Source: Hypanus sabinus | Lineage: Eukaryota | Direction: 5' to 3' | Assembly (NCBI RefSeq): GCF_030144855.1 | Contig: NC_082710.1 | Location: 165,416,001 to 165,480,000, forward strand | DNA: 64,000 bases | Shown: piece after piece, positions 49,976-63,965 of the stretch | How positions within the stretch are numbered: position 1 is the first letter of the stretch | Layout of the letters: each line of letters starts with the position of its first letter | The notes under the pieces: model-generated | What the model was told of the DNA's origin: nothing | Databases searched by the model: none | The model's input: the letters and a program-made list of their open reading frames with translations, nothing else | Translations under genes and position numbers: made by a program

Positions 49976-52900
49976 ATACAATTAGGGAGGGATTTTATTG
50001 TTTCAGAATTTTACAACTGGTTGGATGCAGCTATCCAATCAGTTTGTTGCATTCCTTCAGTGACAAGGTGAAGTTTTTCAGAGGATTATATTACTCAGAG
50101 AGATTGCTGTTGGGAAGGGGCAAGTCTATGTGAAAACATTAAGATAATGTTTTTTTTAATTATCAATAAGATTTGTCCTATTGGCAAGGCAATGTAGAAG
50201 TTATGCAGCTCAATGTGGTGTGGATGCTGACTGCAGAAACTGCAGCACTAACCCATCACTCCAGTCACATTCCATGGGTCTGAATAAAAATACAGATGCA
50301 TAATCCAATAACAGGTAGGACTGGAACAAGAAACAGGAGAGAGGGAGATGCAGGTGGAGATGGAGATGGAGAAGGTGAGAGAAAGGTTTGTGCTAAAGTT
50401 AGCACATTATATTTAAACAATCCTGATAAGCTGATAACCTGTATGGTTTCATTTGCTTATGACTCAGTTTTGTGTTTTTACAAACAGCTGCCCTGATGGT
50501 GACCAAAAATAAATAATCTGACCTTCATCTGATCACACTGACAGTACAGACTGCCTTCCATAACACTGCCATTTTTGAAATCTGTCTCCACAAGTACAGT
50601 ACAAAAGTCTTTTACTTTTGAAGTGCAAGAGTATATGACTCTTTACTTTAGAGCTGTCCATTCAATATTCGACAAGGCATTGGGGAAGTCACTCCACAGC
50701 TAGGTAATGTCTCCATCCCCCACCATGTCTTATAGCATGAAGTTTTCTCCACAGTTAAAACCTCCACATTACAGTAAAGTACTCGCTTTGCAGAGATAGA
50801 TGGAAATTATCATATAAAGCAGAAATCTGCAACCAGTTCTCTGCAGCCCACAGTGTAAAGATCCCTAACAATTAGAAAACGCTTTTTACATTACGTTGTA
50901 ATACAAAATCTCTCTATTCCACCCTATATTTTAAAAATTATACTGATTTTTTCAATTCTTTGATTTTCCAGTGCTAAAGTATGAAAACTATCTTATATTC
51001 AATTCCCTTTAAACAATCCTCTGCGTTCTTTCCGTGGACATTGTGTTTCCAGAACAAGTCAGATAATCAAAAGGTCTAAAAACATGGATGATTGAAATTA
51101 CTTTTTTTCAAGCCACAGAGACATTTACATCAACTGGATGCCAACAAAGGACAGCAAAATCCAAGGGCAGAGCTCACAACGAAATATGATGACACAATCC
51201 TGATGTGAATACAACATCAACAGCAACAAACATGGAAGAGAGCAGTTCAACCCTCAGAGTTGATCACCCAACATAGGAAATATAAGCTTGACATTGAAGT
51301 GCGCTTTAATCCCAGCATTTTTTTTTTTTGCTCAGCTAATTCTTGCACTGCCTACAGCTGATACAACTGACTTGCACATTGTGAGAGCGGACCAGGTACT
51401 GGAACAGGTTTCCAATGAGAGTGTGATTTGGAAGGACTGGGACAAGCTGGGGAACCCCAAATAAGAAATGTTGGAAGTACACAGCAAGGTGATCAGTCCT
51501 AAAGAGGGAAATTGGAGTGAATGAGAGACAGAGAGGTGAGGGTGTGGTTTATATCTAGTTGATAAGTTGTGGAGAAGTGTGACGCGCTAATAATTTGCAT
51601 TGGAGGTAGATCAGGGAAGACTCATTTGGTTTGTTCATGGGATTAAAGGGTTACCTTATAAGGAAAGGTTGAGCAGGTTGAATCTAAGCTGATCGAAGGT
51701 TATACGTTAACAGCTGACCATGCTGAAGATAAACATTCGGGGTAGATGTTAAATCAAGATTGATGCTGAGGTGATGTTTCCCCTTATGGAGAATCTAGAA
51801 CTCGAAGGGTAGTTTCAGAAAATGTCACAGTTTAAGGTGGCAATGAAGTAGAGATTCTCTTCAGGGGATTGTAAACATTTGAAATTTGTGGAGACTGAAT
51901 CATTGTGTATTTTAGTCTGCAGCTAGTCTGTGCTACATCTCAAAGTAAACCACAGCCTCTATCTATATATAATCTGGTAAAATTGTTGTGCATGGTCTGT
52001 CATCCACAGTGTATTTTCATCAATTCCTGTTTGGTACAGTTATCATTCTGGCATGTCACTTTGTATTGTAATTTATTAGTAAACTAAGCCTTTAACTTTA
52101 TTTATTGTATGTACTTCCCTGTGTTAAGGTAATATGCTTTCTCTTTGCCAACACAAATGTTTGCTTTTGTCAGCAAAGCATTTGGAATTGGTGTGGCTTT
52201 CAACAAAATGTGCCTCGGTGGTCTGGCCGACACTGACCTAGAAATTCCAGCGCCCCTTAAAGGAGTAATGCACCAGAATAGTCAAAGAGCTGTGGAACTA
52301 CTACCAGCAAAAAAACAAACAATCTGCTGCAGAAAAGCAGTGGTTCCGGGAGCACCTGATTATAAAGGGTGGAGGGCAGCAAAGAGATTGTCAAAGCTTT
52401 GGGGCAAGACATTGCATCAGGAGAGGGAAGATAGCTGACTTGAAGAGGAGAGAAGGAGTGAGACCGGGTTTGGTGGCTGATGTATGGGATCAGAGGACAA
52501 AGGGATGGTGGGAAACTGTCATTTGGTCAAAAAATATCTGAGTTGACCGTCAAAAGCCTTGATGGTAAGTCACTGGTTTTATGTTGGGTGAAGGAGCTGC
52601 TCAGAGAACAGTCTACGCTTCCTGTCATGTGTTTCAAACATCACAGAGTTCATAATGGAAAATCATGAAAGAAAGGGAGGGTCTTGTTAAATTTTTAGAA
52701 CTGGTATGTTTTATCATTGAAAATAAAACTTGGGAATTTACAACTCTCAGATCAAATCAAGCTTAACCATCATTCAACCATACATGGCTACAGCCGAACA
52801 AAACAGCATCCTCTGGGGCCAAGGTGCAAAACATACACAGCACATACATAATAGTGAGCAAAATAATCATAGTTGCACAAAAAAACACGAATAGCCCAGG

Positions 52901-54570
52901 ACCATGAGGATTATGTTTCACAAATTGATAGTACAGTTCTTGGCAACTGTGTGCACAAAGGTTAAATTCATCTTTTATCACATAACATTGAAAAGAAAAG
53001 AGCATGGTACTACTGAAATTTTTGAGAACAGAACTACTGAGAACCAGAGAGTTTTCTTCTGTTTTTTACTCTCACCTAAAGGACAGCAGAGAGGGTTTCT
53101 TGCACAGGCAGAGTGGAGAATTTGTAATCAACAGCTACAAAGCACATCATGGGAAAGAAAACTGAAGGAAATGAAATAGGGAATTTGGTAATAAATTCTG
53201 AGAATCAGCACCACTGATTTGTTTAAAGTTTTTGTTAAGAAAGGAAATGTTTTCTTAGAGTCTTCTAAAATTTTAAGGATTTTAGAGTTGTTCTGCAGAC
53301 TGTAAACCCACTAAAGGAGGAAGAGATGAAGCAGAGATCTACTGACATATTTGCATGACGTTAATAGCAGAAAAATTGCTAGAATTTACAGTGATAATAG
53401 AACATCATGAAACAGGATTCAACACAGTAAGCATGGATTTATGAAACAAAAAGTACCCTTGAATGATCTGAGAATGTGATCAACAGAAAGGATAAAGGGG
53501 AACCAAGTGAATGTGTCTTGTATGTTTCTCTGAAGGTTTGGATTGACGCTCCATGTAGGTAGTTGGTCAACAAGCTGTGAATATATGCAGTTCATGGTAA
53601 TATGTTGATGTGGCTGACAACTGAATAAAGCAAAAAATGATGAAAAGGAATTGAGCTTTCTCAGACCAGCATGCTGTGACCAGTGGGATATGCAGTATGA
53701 TTTTATACAGAGCAATTTCACTAGGCTGTTTTGTAGCAAAATGTGAGTCTGCATCATCTAGGCCTGAATCATGTAGCATTCAGAAGAATGGACGTGATCT
53801 CACAGAAATTCACAAAGTTCTTACAGTGCCTCACGGTGTAGATATACAGCTGATCATTTCCACCTGATAAGGAAATTTAGAACCAGTTGACAGTCACACA
53901 ATGAGGAACATTCCATTTAGTACTGAGATAAGGAATCTGTGGGATCTCAATCAGCAAGTTCAATTACAAGAAAAGTTTAATCGATTTCTGTGTATTAAAT
54001 GAATCACTGGAAATGGGAAGATTGCAGTAAAAGTAGATAATTAGCAAAAACTATGTTGAATACCAGAGAAGGGTTGAGGAGCTTACTTTTATTTCTATTT
54101 CTTAGTCACAAAACAATTGAAGATTGCTTTGATTTCAGCATGAGCCTGAAAAAATTAGTCACTTGCCTGAAACCATTTATACATTCTTTCCTGTTATGCA
54201 GTTTTAAAATTCAAATCCATTAGCCTCATTAAGTGTCTTTTGTGTCAGTTTACATGAGGGATGTGAATCCTGGCCAACTTTTCTCCTCCAGAATCGGAGA
54301 ACTGCAAACACAGTTAAAACACTCCCATCAGAGAGACGTCAGATGCAATATCTTCTTTGTCTAAGCACATCACTAGGCTACAGTGTAACTTAGTGAATGA
54401 GTATAATATGCACTCAAGCTGAATAGGTAATTTTTAGGTAACATTAAACAGGCAAATGCTTGTATTAATAGTATAGGCTACACCCCGGGACCAGAAGCCT
54501 TTTTTTGGTGCTCAGTAAAGTAGGGAATAATCTCAGTGTAACTTCAACTTTTATGTTTTTGTTTACCCAG

Positions 54571-54609
54571 AAACCTTCCATCCTCTTGCTCATCAAGAAT
54601 CGAGCTATG
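54571..54609 (+). CDS. Candidate 39-nt phase 1-1 cytoplasmic exon (ETFHPLAHQESSY)
   Basis: Long pyrimidine tract ttttatgtttttgtttacccag| and donor G|gtattt. It fits the phase of the TM exon, but has no other support. Confidence 0.3.
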
Positions 54610-55137
54610 GTATTTTTGCGTTAAAAATATTTTAAATAGATTTAATAAATGGAGTTCCAAAGGCCCAAAGAAAAGAATAACCTTATCTTTGACTGAAGTA
54701 TGTGACCACTTATTACTTTGAAACAACTGTCACAAATATAGCAAATAGAGATTAGGCAACTTTAGTGATATTGGCTGAATGATCAGAAGGGACTCCAATT
54801 ATTTCCTTTGAAATACTGTGATTAGCAATCTAATCAGATAGGGGATCAGGCACCTCTTATAGTGTTATAGAAGTTACATAAATTCAGGGGACACTCAGCA
54901 CGTAAGACAGTGTTGGATTAGGGTTTAAATTGCTGTTTAAAGTGTTATTTTTCCTTTTGCACAACTTTCTTTATGTTTACTTACGTATTTGTTTAATCAC
55001 CTGTTTGTAAACTTACAGGGGATTTTCAGAATTTTCATTTTGTTGGCTCTGAACTTACATTATTTCTGTATCTGCAAGCCTGAGATATCATGCTGATGCA
55101 AATAAAGCCTGCCTATGGAGACTCCCCTATCTAATCG

Positions 55138-55838
55138 TGTTAAACTAGTTTTTGTCGTGGTTTCTTGAAATATCCAGGAGATGCAGAAGATTCTTCAAGA
55201 AGTTTAAGCCTTTATTTGCAAACAAAAGGTGAGACAATTAATGAGCATGTTACTAATTGTCAGCCAAGCTCTAGTTCACAGTATTCTTTATAGTAATTTC
55301 TTACCTTAGTTGCATTAGCATATACTTGTTCTAGTGCCTTGACTGGTCCCCATACCATCACACCACTCCATTGCCCATACTTGCTCTAGTCTACTCCCTG
55401 GAACACGTGTCCCTGGAACACGTGTTCCCCTTCTCGGCATTGACTGGTCCCCATACCATCACACCACTCTACGATCCCATCTACAACCATTATCTCTATT
55501 TGTTTATTTTCACTGGTAGCTACATTCTCAAGGCATTGATGTGTTCAATAGTACAGAGACAATACAGAGATTTCATTCTGGAAATAAGTTGGATACATAG
55601 TAAATATAAGGCTGGTTTCTCACTGTTAGCTACTTTCTTCAGGCTAGCTACATTCTTAAGGCACTGATGTGTTCAATAGTACAGAGACAATACAGAGATT
55701 TCATTCTGGCTAATAAATTGGATACATAGCAAATAGCAAACACAAGGCTGGTTACATAGTTTTGGTTACGCAGCAAACAATGCAACTTTATTCTCCAATA
55801 TTTTCAGTATAAAGAGGGATCATAACTGAGTTTTAACA
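55138..55838. mobile_element. LTR-like element with internal direct duplications
   Basis: Termini tgttaaactag and ctgagttttaaca. An about 125-bp unit occurs twice (about 55517 and 55645), as do shorter units. No clean TSD. Confidence 0.5.
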
Positions 55839-56409
55839 TCATAAACCAATGAGTTGTTTGTTACGTCTCCCTGCTCACTGGGAAAATGGGGACACCTCTT
55901 TCTCCATTATTAGGGGGAGAGAGTCTGTGATATGTTGTACACCGAGTGAAACACAATGTCTTTGGGGTGACTGAAAGTCTGTGTCTTTGCTATTGCATTG
56001 CTCATGCTTGAGTGCTCGGAGGTGGGTGATAATGCTTTTCCTGCCGGTGGGAGGGAGGGAGTATTGTTGCTTGCTGCCGCTTACGCTCAGGAGGGAGGGG
56101 AGCTGGGAGGGGGGGGGGGGGTACTTTGAGGTTCTAACACGTAACTGTCGTTCATTCCTTGGGGCAGTCCTCTGTTTTCGTGGATGGTTGTGAAGAAAAA
56201 GCATTTCAGGATATATATTGTACACATTTCTGACATTAAATTGGACCTTTGACCTTTGACTTTGAAATATCTTTCCCAAAAGCATTTAAAGTGAGGATTC
56301 CAAAGCATGGGATGAAAGAGTTGAGAACACAGCCTCTGGTGAGTAAAATCAGGAATCTGCTACAAGCCCAGAAAAAGTGAATCATTCAGTCCAAAAGTGA
56401 TAGAGCTCA

Positions 56410-57560
56410 ACAGCATAGAAACATGTCCGTTGGCTTATCTAGTCTCTACCAAACTATTTATCTGTTTGTCCCATTGCTGTGCACTTTGACCAGAACCCTC
56501 CAGACCACTCCCATCCATGGACCTCTCCAAATTTCTCTTGAATGCGGAAAATGAACCAGCATCCAACATTTCTGCTGGTAACCCATTCTACACTCTCATT
56601 ACCACCGACTGAAGAAATACTCCCTCATGTTCCTCTTGAACATTTCAACTTTCACACTTAACCAATAACAGCTTCTTCAAGTATCTCCTCCATCCCCTCA
56701 TCTTTTAACAATCTGGTGATAAAGTTCTAATCTATTCAACACTACCCTTTAACTCAGGTGCTCAAGTCCTGGCAGCATCCTTGTAAATTTCCACTGCATT
56801 CTCCCATCTTATTGACACCTTTCCTGCTGCTAGGTGACCAAAACTGCACACGATACTCCAAATTATGCCTCACCAACATCTGATCCATTTGCACCATAAA
56901 ATCCCAACTTTTGTATTGCCCTGGTTGATCCTCCTAAAGTGAGCACCTCACACTTGTCTGCATTAAATTGCATCTGCCCTTTTTCAGCCCATTTTCCCAT
57001 CTGGTCCAGATCCTGCAACAAGCCTTGATGGCATTCCACGTTGTCCAATACACCCACAATCTTGACATGATCCGCAGATTTGCTGATTGTTTTCCTCATT
57101 ATGATCCTGATGGCAAATAGCAATGGATCCATCACCAGTCAATGCACCACACCTCCAGTCACAGGCCTCCAGTCAGAGAGGCAAGCTTCTACTACCACTC
57201 TCTGGCTTCTGCCATAATGCAAATTTACCACCTCATCTTGAATGCTATCCTCCCATGAGGGAATTGTCAAAGGCATTGCTAAAGTCCACGCAGAAACAGC
57301 CACTGCCTTGCCTTCAACAACTATCCTTGTAACTTCCTCAAAAAGCTCAATAACATAGGTTAGACATGACTTACCACACACAAACCCATGTTCACAATCC
57401 CTAATCAGTCCCTGGCTATCCAAATACTGATATATCCAGCTCCTTAGTATACCTTCCAATAACTCTTATAGCCTTTCTTAAACAATGGAACATTAGCTAT
57501 CCTCTAATCCTCCAATCCTCCAGCACCTCACCTGTGGCTAAGGATATTTTAACTACCTTT
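56410..57560 (-). mobile_element. Degenerate CR1
   Basis: Minus ORFs 56863-57135 and 57139-57459 carry RT motifs. Confidence 0.85.
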
Positions 57561-57677
57561 GCTAGGGCCCCAGCAATTTATGCCACTAGGTGGATCATAG
57601 AACCAGAAATATTTATGTAGTTAGATGATTTGGACAGGGTTCCACAGGGGAGATGCTGAGAGGTTATTTCCATTCAT

Positions 57678-58812
57678 GAGGGGGGGGGAGAGAGGGGGGG
57701 GGGAGAGAGGGGGGGGGGAGAGAGGGGGGGGGGAGAGAGGGGGGGGGGAGAGAGGGGGGGGGGGAGAGAGGGGGGGGGGAGAGAGGGGGGGGGGAGAGAG
57801 GGGGGGGGGGAGAGAGGGGGGGGGGAGAGAGGGGGGGGGGAGAGAGGGGGGGGGGAGAGAGGGGGGGGGGGAGAGAGGGGGGGGGGGAGAGAGGGGGGGG
57901 GGAGAGAGGGGGGGGGGAGAGAGGGGGGGGGGAGAGAGGGGGGGGAGAGAGGGGGGGGGGAGAGAGGGGGGGGGGAGAGGGGGGGGGAGAGAGGGGGGGG
58001 GGAGAGAGGGGGGGGGGAGAGAGGGGGGGGGGAGAGAGGGGGGGGAGAGAGAGGGGGGGGAGAGAGGGGGGGGGGAGAGAGGGGGGGGGGAGAGGGGGGG
58101 GGAGAGAGGGGGGGGGGAGAGAGGGGGGGGAGAGAGGGGGGGGAGAGAGGGGGGGGGAGAGAGGGGGGGGGAGAGAGGGGGGGGGAGAGAGGGGGGGGGA
58201 GAGAGGGGGGGGGGAGAGAGGGGGGGGGAGAGAGGGGGGGGGAGAGAGGGGGGGGGAGAGAGGGGGGGGGAGAGAGGGGGGGGGAGAGAGGGGGGGGAGA
58301 GAGGGGGGGGAGAGAGGGGGGGGGAGAGAGGGGGGGGGAGAGAGGGGGGGGAGAGAGGGGGGGGAGAGAGGGGGGGGAGAGAGGGGGGGGGAGAGAGGGG
58401 GGGGGAGAGAGGGGGGGGGAGAGAGGGGGGGGGAGAGAGGGGGGGGGAGAGAGGGGGGGGGAGAGAGGGGGGGGGAGAGAGGGGGGGGGGAGAGAGGGGG
58501 GGGGGAGAGAGGGGGGGGGGAGAGAGGGGGGGGGGAGAGAGGGGGGGGGGAGAGAGGGGGGGGGAGAGAGGGGGGGGGAGAGAGGGGGGGGGGAGAGAGG
58601 GGGGGGGGAGAGAGGGGGGGGGGAGAGAGGGGGGGGGGAGAGAGGGGGGGGGGAGAGAGGGGGGGGGAGAGAGGGGGGGGGAGAGGGGGGGGGAGAGAGG
58701 GGGGGGGGAGAGAGGGGGGGGGAGAGAGGGGGGGGGAGAGAGGGGGGGGGAGAGAGGGGGGGGAGAGAGGGGGGGGAGAGAGGGGGGGGGAGAGAGGGGG
58801 GGGGAGAGAGGG
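57678..58812 (+). repeat. Polypurine simple repeat, roughly (GAGAG G7-10)n
   Basis: About 1.1 kb of G and A only, ending at a gap. Confidence 0.95.
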
Positions 58813-58999
58813 NNNNNNNNNNNNNNNNNNNNNNNNNNNNNNNNNNNNNNNNNNNNNNNNNNNNNNNNNNNNNNNNNNNNNNNNNNNNNNNNNNNNNNNN
58901 NNNNNNNNNNNNNNNNNNNNNNNNNNNNNNNNNNNNNNNNNNNNNNNNNNNNNNNNNNNNNNNNNNNNNNNNNNNNNNNNNNNNNNNNNNNNNNNNNNN
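58813..58999. other. Assembly gap (N)
   Basis: Run of N. Confidence 1.
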
Positions 59000-61900
59000 C
59001 CCATAAGCTTTCTTCACTACCCTATCTACCCTTGAGGCAACTTTCAGAGATCTGTGGACATGTACCCCCAGATCCCTCTGCTCCTCCACACTACCAAGTA
59101 TCCTGCCATTAATTTTGTACTCTGCCTTGGGAGTTTGTCCTTCCAAAGTGTACCACCTCACACTTCTCCCGCTTGAATGCCATCTGCCACTTCTCAGCCC
59201 ACTTCTGGATCCTATCAATGTCTCTCTGCAATCTTTGACAATCCTCTACACCATCTACAACACCACCAACATTTGTGTTGTCTGCAAACTTGCCAACCCA
59301 CCCTTCGACCCTCTCATCAAGGTCGTTAATAAAAATCTCAAGTAGAGGTCCCAGAACAGATCCTTGTGGGACTCCACTAGTTACAACCCTCCAACCTGAA
59401 TGTACTCCCTCCACCACAACCCTCTGCCTTCTGCAGGCAAGGCAATTCTGAATCCACCTGGCCAAACTTCCCTGGATTCCATGCCTTCTGACTTTCTGAA
59501 CAAGCCTATCAAATGACTTACTAAAATCCATGTAGATCACATCCACTGCACTACCCTTGACTATATGCCTGTCACCTCCTCAAAGAACTCTATCAGGCTT
59601 GTTAGGCACGATCTGCCCTTTACAAAGCCATGCTGACTGTCCCTGATCAGACCATGATTCTCTGAATGTCCATAGATCCTTTCTCTAAGAATCTTTTCCA
59701 ACAGCTTTCCCACCACAGACGTAAAGCTCACTGTTCTGTAATTGCCTGGACTATCCTTACTACCTTTTCTGAAAAAGTGACAGCATTCGCCTCCTGCCAA
59801 TCCTCCGGTACCATTCCCATGGACAACGAGGACAAAGATCCTAGCCAGAGGTTCAGCCATCTCTTCCCTTGCCTCGTGGAGCAGCCTGAGGAATATTCCA
59901 TCAGGCCCCGGGGTCTTATCCATCCTAATGTATTTTAACAACTCCAACTCCTCTTCTGCCTTAATATCAACATGCTCCAGAACATCAACCTCACTCATTG
60001 TCCTCACCGTCATCAAGTTCCCTCTCAGTGGTGAATACTGAAGAGAAGTATTCATCGAGGACCTCCAGAGCCTCCAGGCACACCTTCCCACTTTTATCTC
60101 TGATCGGTCCTACCTTTACTCCTGTCATCCTTTTGCTCTTCACATAGTTGAAGAATGTCTTGGGGTTTTCCTTTACCCTACTCGCCAAGGCCTTCTCATG
60201 CCCCCTTCTTGCTCTTCTCAAGCTCCTTTCTTGCTACCCTATGTTCCTCACTAGACCCATCTAATCTTTGCTTCCTAAACCTCATGTATGCTGTTTTCTT
60301 CCCCCGACTAGATTTTCCACTTCACTTGTCACCCATGGTTCCTTTACCCTACCATTCTTTATCTTCCGGGATAAATTTATCTCTAACATCCTGCAAGAGA
60401 TCCCTAAACGTCGACCACATGTCCATAGTATATTTCCCTACAAAAACATCATCCCAATTCACATCCACAAGTTCTAGCCTTATAGCCTCATAATTTGCCC
60501 TTCCCTAATTAAAAATTTACCTGTCCTCTGATTCCATCCTTTTCCATGATAGGAAGAGAACTAGGTCCAGGGTGAAGCTGGACAACCCTGATACACTGGT
60601 GAAACAAGAAAGGCAGGCAGACAGCATGAGGAAGGCAAACCAGACAGAACAGCAGGACCAGCGCATATGAGAGAAGCAGGGGGACAGGACAAGACAAGAC
60701 AAACAGGACAGAACAGGTTCAAAGCAGGACAACCCCCCCACCCCCAGTCCCAGAGCCCCTTATATACATCTACCAGCCGATGGGCATCAGGTGCACCTCC
60801 TTGAGTTCAAACAAGCCACGATGATCCACAGGAGTGACTAGTTGCCTCAAGGGTGAAAGGAGGGTCAGCTACAAGACCCAGAGACCAGAGTTCACAGTGC
60901 AGATCAAGACCCAGAATGTAGGCTCCAGACCAGACCATAACAGTACCCCCTCCCACACCGTCAAAGGCAACCGATGAGGGTCTCTAGAGCTACAGAAGAT
61001 ACAGGTGGGTTGGGGGGGGGGGAAGAAGATGTTCAGATGAGAGGGGACCCCAGGGTGACGGGAATAGACACCAGAGCCTACGTTGTTAGGTCCATGCTGA
61101 GGGGGGTCATTCTGTCATGGGGGAGCAAAGAATAGACCCAATTGCAGGACGCAAACACCGAAGTACTAGGGGCAGGGCAGGACAATTAAAGGATAGAACA
61201 AGGTGGGGAGACCGTGGCGTGTGAAGGACGTGACATTCAACAGTGATCCACGGGTTCAGGCAAGGCAGAAGGCAGATCCCAGAGTCCATGGCAAGGCTGG
61301 ACCCCGGGGTTCAGGGCAGAATCCTCCGGGCGGGCCTCAAAACTACTGGGTAGGGCCGCCTCCCAGGCATGAACAGAGGCCTGGGCAAGACACGGGAAAC
61401 CTGGGCAGGTGCAGGATACCACCCATCAGAAGCGAGGGGTAGGAAAAGGGGCCAAGTCCTCCGTCAGGTAAATTCGGCCAGATTGCTGTTGCCTGGCAGA
61501 GGGCAACCATGATACACAGGTAAAACAGCAGAGGGAGGCAGGGAGCGCAAGCAAGGCAAACCAGCCAGAACAGCAAAACCAGCACATACAAGGAAAACCA
61601 GACCACAACTCCCAAACTGGGCTCAGTCCCAGAGCCCCTTATATACACCTGCCAGCCGATGGGCATCAGGTGCGCCTCCTTGAGTTCAAACAAGCCACGA
61701 TGATCCACAGGTGTGACCAGTTGGCTCAAGGGTGAAAGGATGGATGGCTACAAGACCCGGAGTCCGTAGTCCGTGGAGCAGAGCAAGACCCGGAATGTGG
61801 GCTCTGGACCAGACCACAACAAAGCTGCTCCAAAAAGCCATCTCATAGGCATTCAAAAAATTCCCTCTCTTACGATCTGACACCAACCCAATTTTCCCAA

Positions 61901-62210
61901 TCCCCTTACATATTGAAGTCCCCCATATAATTGTAACATTATATGCCTTTTCCAGGTCCCTTTGCAATCTCAACCCCACAGTTGGAGGACTACATATGTT
62001 TCCCATAATGTTCTTATTTTACTCTTGGAGTTTCGTAACTCCATCCATGAAGATTCAACATTCTCTGACCCTATGTTACCTCTTCCTAAAGATGTAATTC
62101 CACCTCTTACCAACAGAACAACACCACTGCCTCTGCCTCCCTGTCTGACCTTTTGATACAAGTATATCCTTTGATGTTAATCTCCCAACTATGACCTTCT
62201 TTCAGCCATG
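59000..62210 (-). mobile_element. CR1 ORF2 remnant (endonuclease to RT), interrupted at 60547-61821
   Basis: Minus ORFs 59109-59546, 59561-60091 and 59991-60221; endonuclease remnant (GRGSGVVLLV) at 61970-62161. Confidence 0.9.
60547..61821 (-). mobile_element. Miniature two-LTR Gypsy-like element (LTR 61113-61821, 170-bp core, shortened LTR 60547-60942)
   Basis: Two direct repeats with TG..CA ends. On the minus strand the core starts gaatga..ATGGACC and ends with the polypurine tract gggagggggtac|tgtt. Confidence 0.75.
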
Positions 62211-63399
62211 ACGCAGTGACATATACAACTTGATCTGTGCTCTGTCACTCTGCTCTCTATTGATAGATTATCATAATCTATAATTAACATCTCGAAGCAG
62301 TTTTGTGAAATATGTGTGACAATTGAATACTTATTTGTGTTAAATACAAAGTGTTTGTGAATAAGGTTAAAGAGTCTGCATGCGTGGTATATCTCAATGC
62401 CATTTTGACTTTCCATTTTCAGGCGCCGGTAGGGATTTCATCTGCTTTGTTGGGACTCCTGAATTTACCCCTCCACAGACCATCAAAGTAAATTCTCATT
62501 TCCCCTCTCATCAGTTTCCTGATGCAGTCTTTGGTTGTTTGGTCTGAGCTGGATCTACTGGAAAGAAATGTAACTCCGTACCAAACTAAAACAATTGGCA
62601 ACACAGGATCACATTGGAATGTCCCCTTCTTTCTGAAGCATGTTGAGTACATGGGTCAGCAAATGATGAGCAGGTTTAGGAAGGGAAACCTGCACAACAG
62701 TGTGGAGGAGAAGACATAAATATTCACACCAGCTTTGAAAATAGCAGAAATTATATGTGGTTTTATATTTCTTAAAGGTTGTGGGTTGTAAAGAATTCAG
62801 TCAGTGAATGACGTTGGTGCCAACAGTTGTGCAGGTAATTATAACAAACATTTGTGGATCCTAATCCTGTTATTTAATGGTAACACGAGCCTGGAGCCTG
62901 CGTAGGAGTGAGTGAAGAGAACTCCCAATGGATGGGCGTGTGAAATTTCAAACTTGCGACCAACCCACGTTGCCTAAGATTTCTCAGACTTACAGAACCA
63001 GCTTGTATGGCACGGCTTAGGGTTGGAACCTGCCATGTGGCAAAAACACCGATGTGTTCTGTGATGAGAATATTGAGGATTTAATATTTCTTTGTGGTGT
63101 CAACACAGGGGTTCAGTTCGAACAATGGAGGCTCAAGAGGCAGCAGGTTTTGGAATCTGGAAGAACAGTTAATTTACTGGAGAAATTCAAACGGTGAACA
63201 CCACCTATGCAGGTAACAGAAATGCAAACGGTTCAGGTAGAAATCCTGCATCAGAACATCAAAACAACTACTGTTCCTCGTTTGCTAATTCATGTCGTCA
63301 ACATGCCTCATAAAGAAGTGAACATTCCGATGTGATGCAGCAATGCAAATTGTTTTAGTTTGGTACTCAGTAACTTGGCTCTCCAGCTGTAAGATCCAT

Positions 63400-63965
63400 T
63401 TCAGATCAAAAGCCATGGATGGACCAGGATGTTTGTAGTCTGCTGAGAACTAGATCTGTGGCATTAGAGTCTGGCGACACGTGTCTGTACAAGTAGACCA
63501 GGCATGACTTATGGAGGGCTATTTCAAGAGCTAAGGAACAATTCCGAGTAAGGCTGGAAGCAATATCGGATACATGTGAAATCTAACAGGGTTTGCAGTC
63601 TGTTACTTCCTACAAAGCGAAACCCACCACCATGAATGGCATTGATGTTTCACTCCCACATGAGCCCAATGCCTTTTATGCTGATTTTGAGAGGGAGAAT
63701 ACAACAACAGCTGTGAGGATCCCTGCAGCACCTGGTGACCCTGTGAGCTCTGTCTCGGAGGCAGACGTCAGGCTGTCTCTCAGGAGGGCGAGCCATCCCA
63801 AAGCGGCAGACTTCCAAGGAGTAACTGGCAAGGTTTGGAAAACCTGTGCCAACCGACTGTTGAAAGACATTTTCAATCTCTCATTTCTCGAGTCCGAAGT
63901 TCCCACAGCATTGAAAGCTGCACAACAATTGCTGAAGAAGAACAGTGTAAGTTGCCTTAATGACT
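63400..63965 (+). mobile_element. Rex1/Babar-type LINE fragment
   Basis: Homologous to 39170-39600. Confidence 0.7.

Noticed and set aside
53082-53179. Strong acceptor with a phase-1 frame GQQRGFLAQAEW...stop
   Set aside because: It is one of several competing tail candidates, with no conserved paralog match or signalling motif.
57625-59218. Long Gly/Glu/Arg-rich and Pro/Leu/Ser-rich ORFs
   Set aside because: These are translations of a simple repeat plus N gap; they are not genes.
62419-62652. Minus-strand ORF ending IPTGA-stop, with a paralog ending ITTGV-stop
   Set aside because: The frame is not conserved upstream between copies and there is no shared acceptor. The + strand acceptor explains the conservation better.
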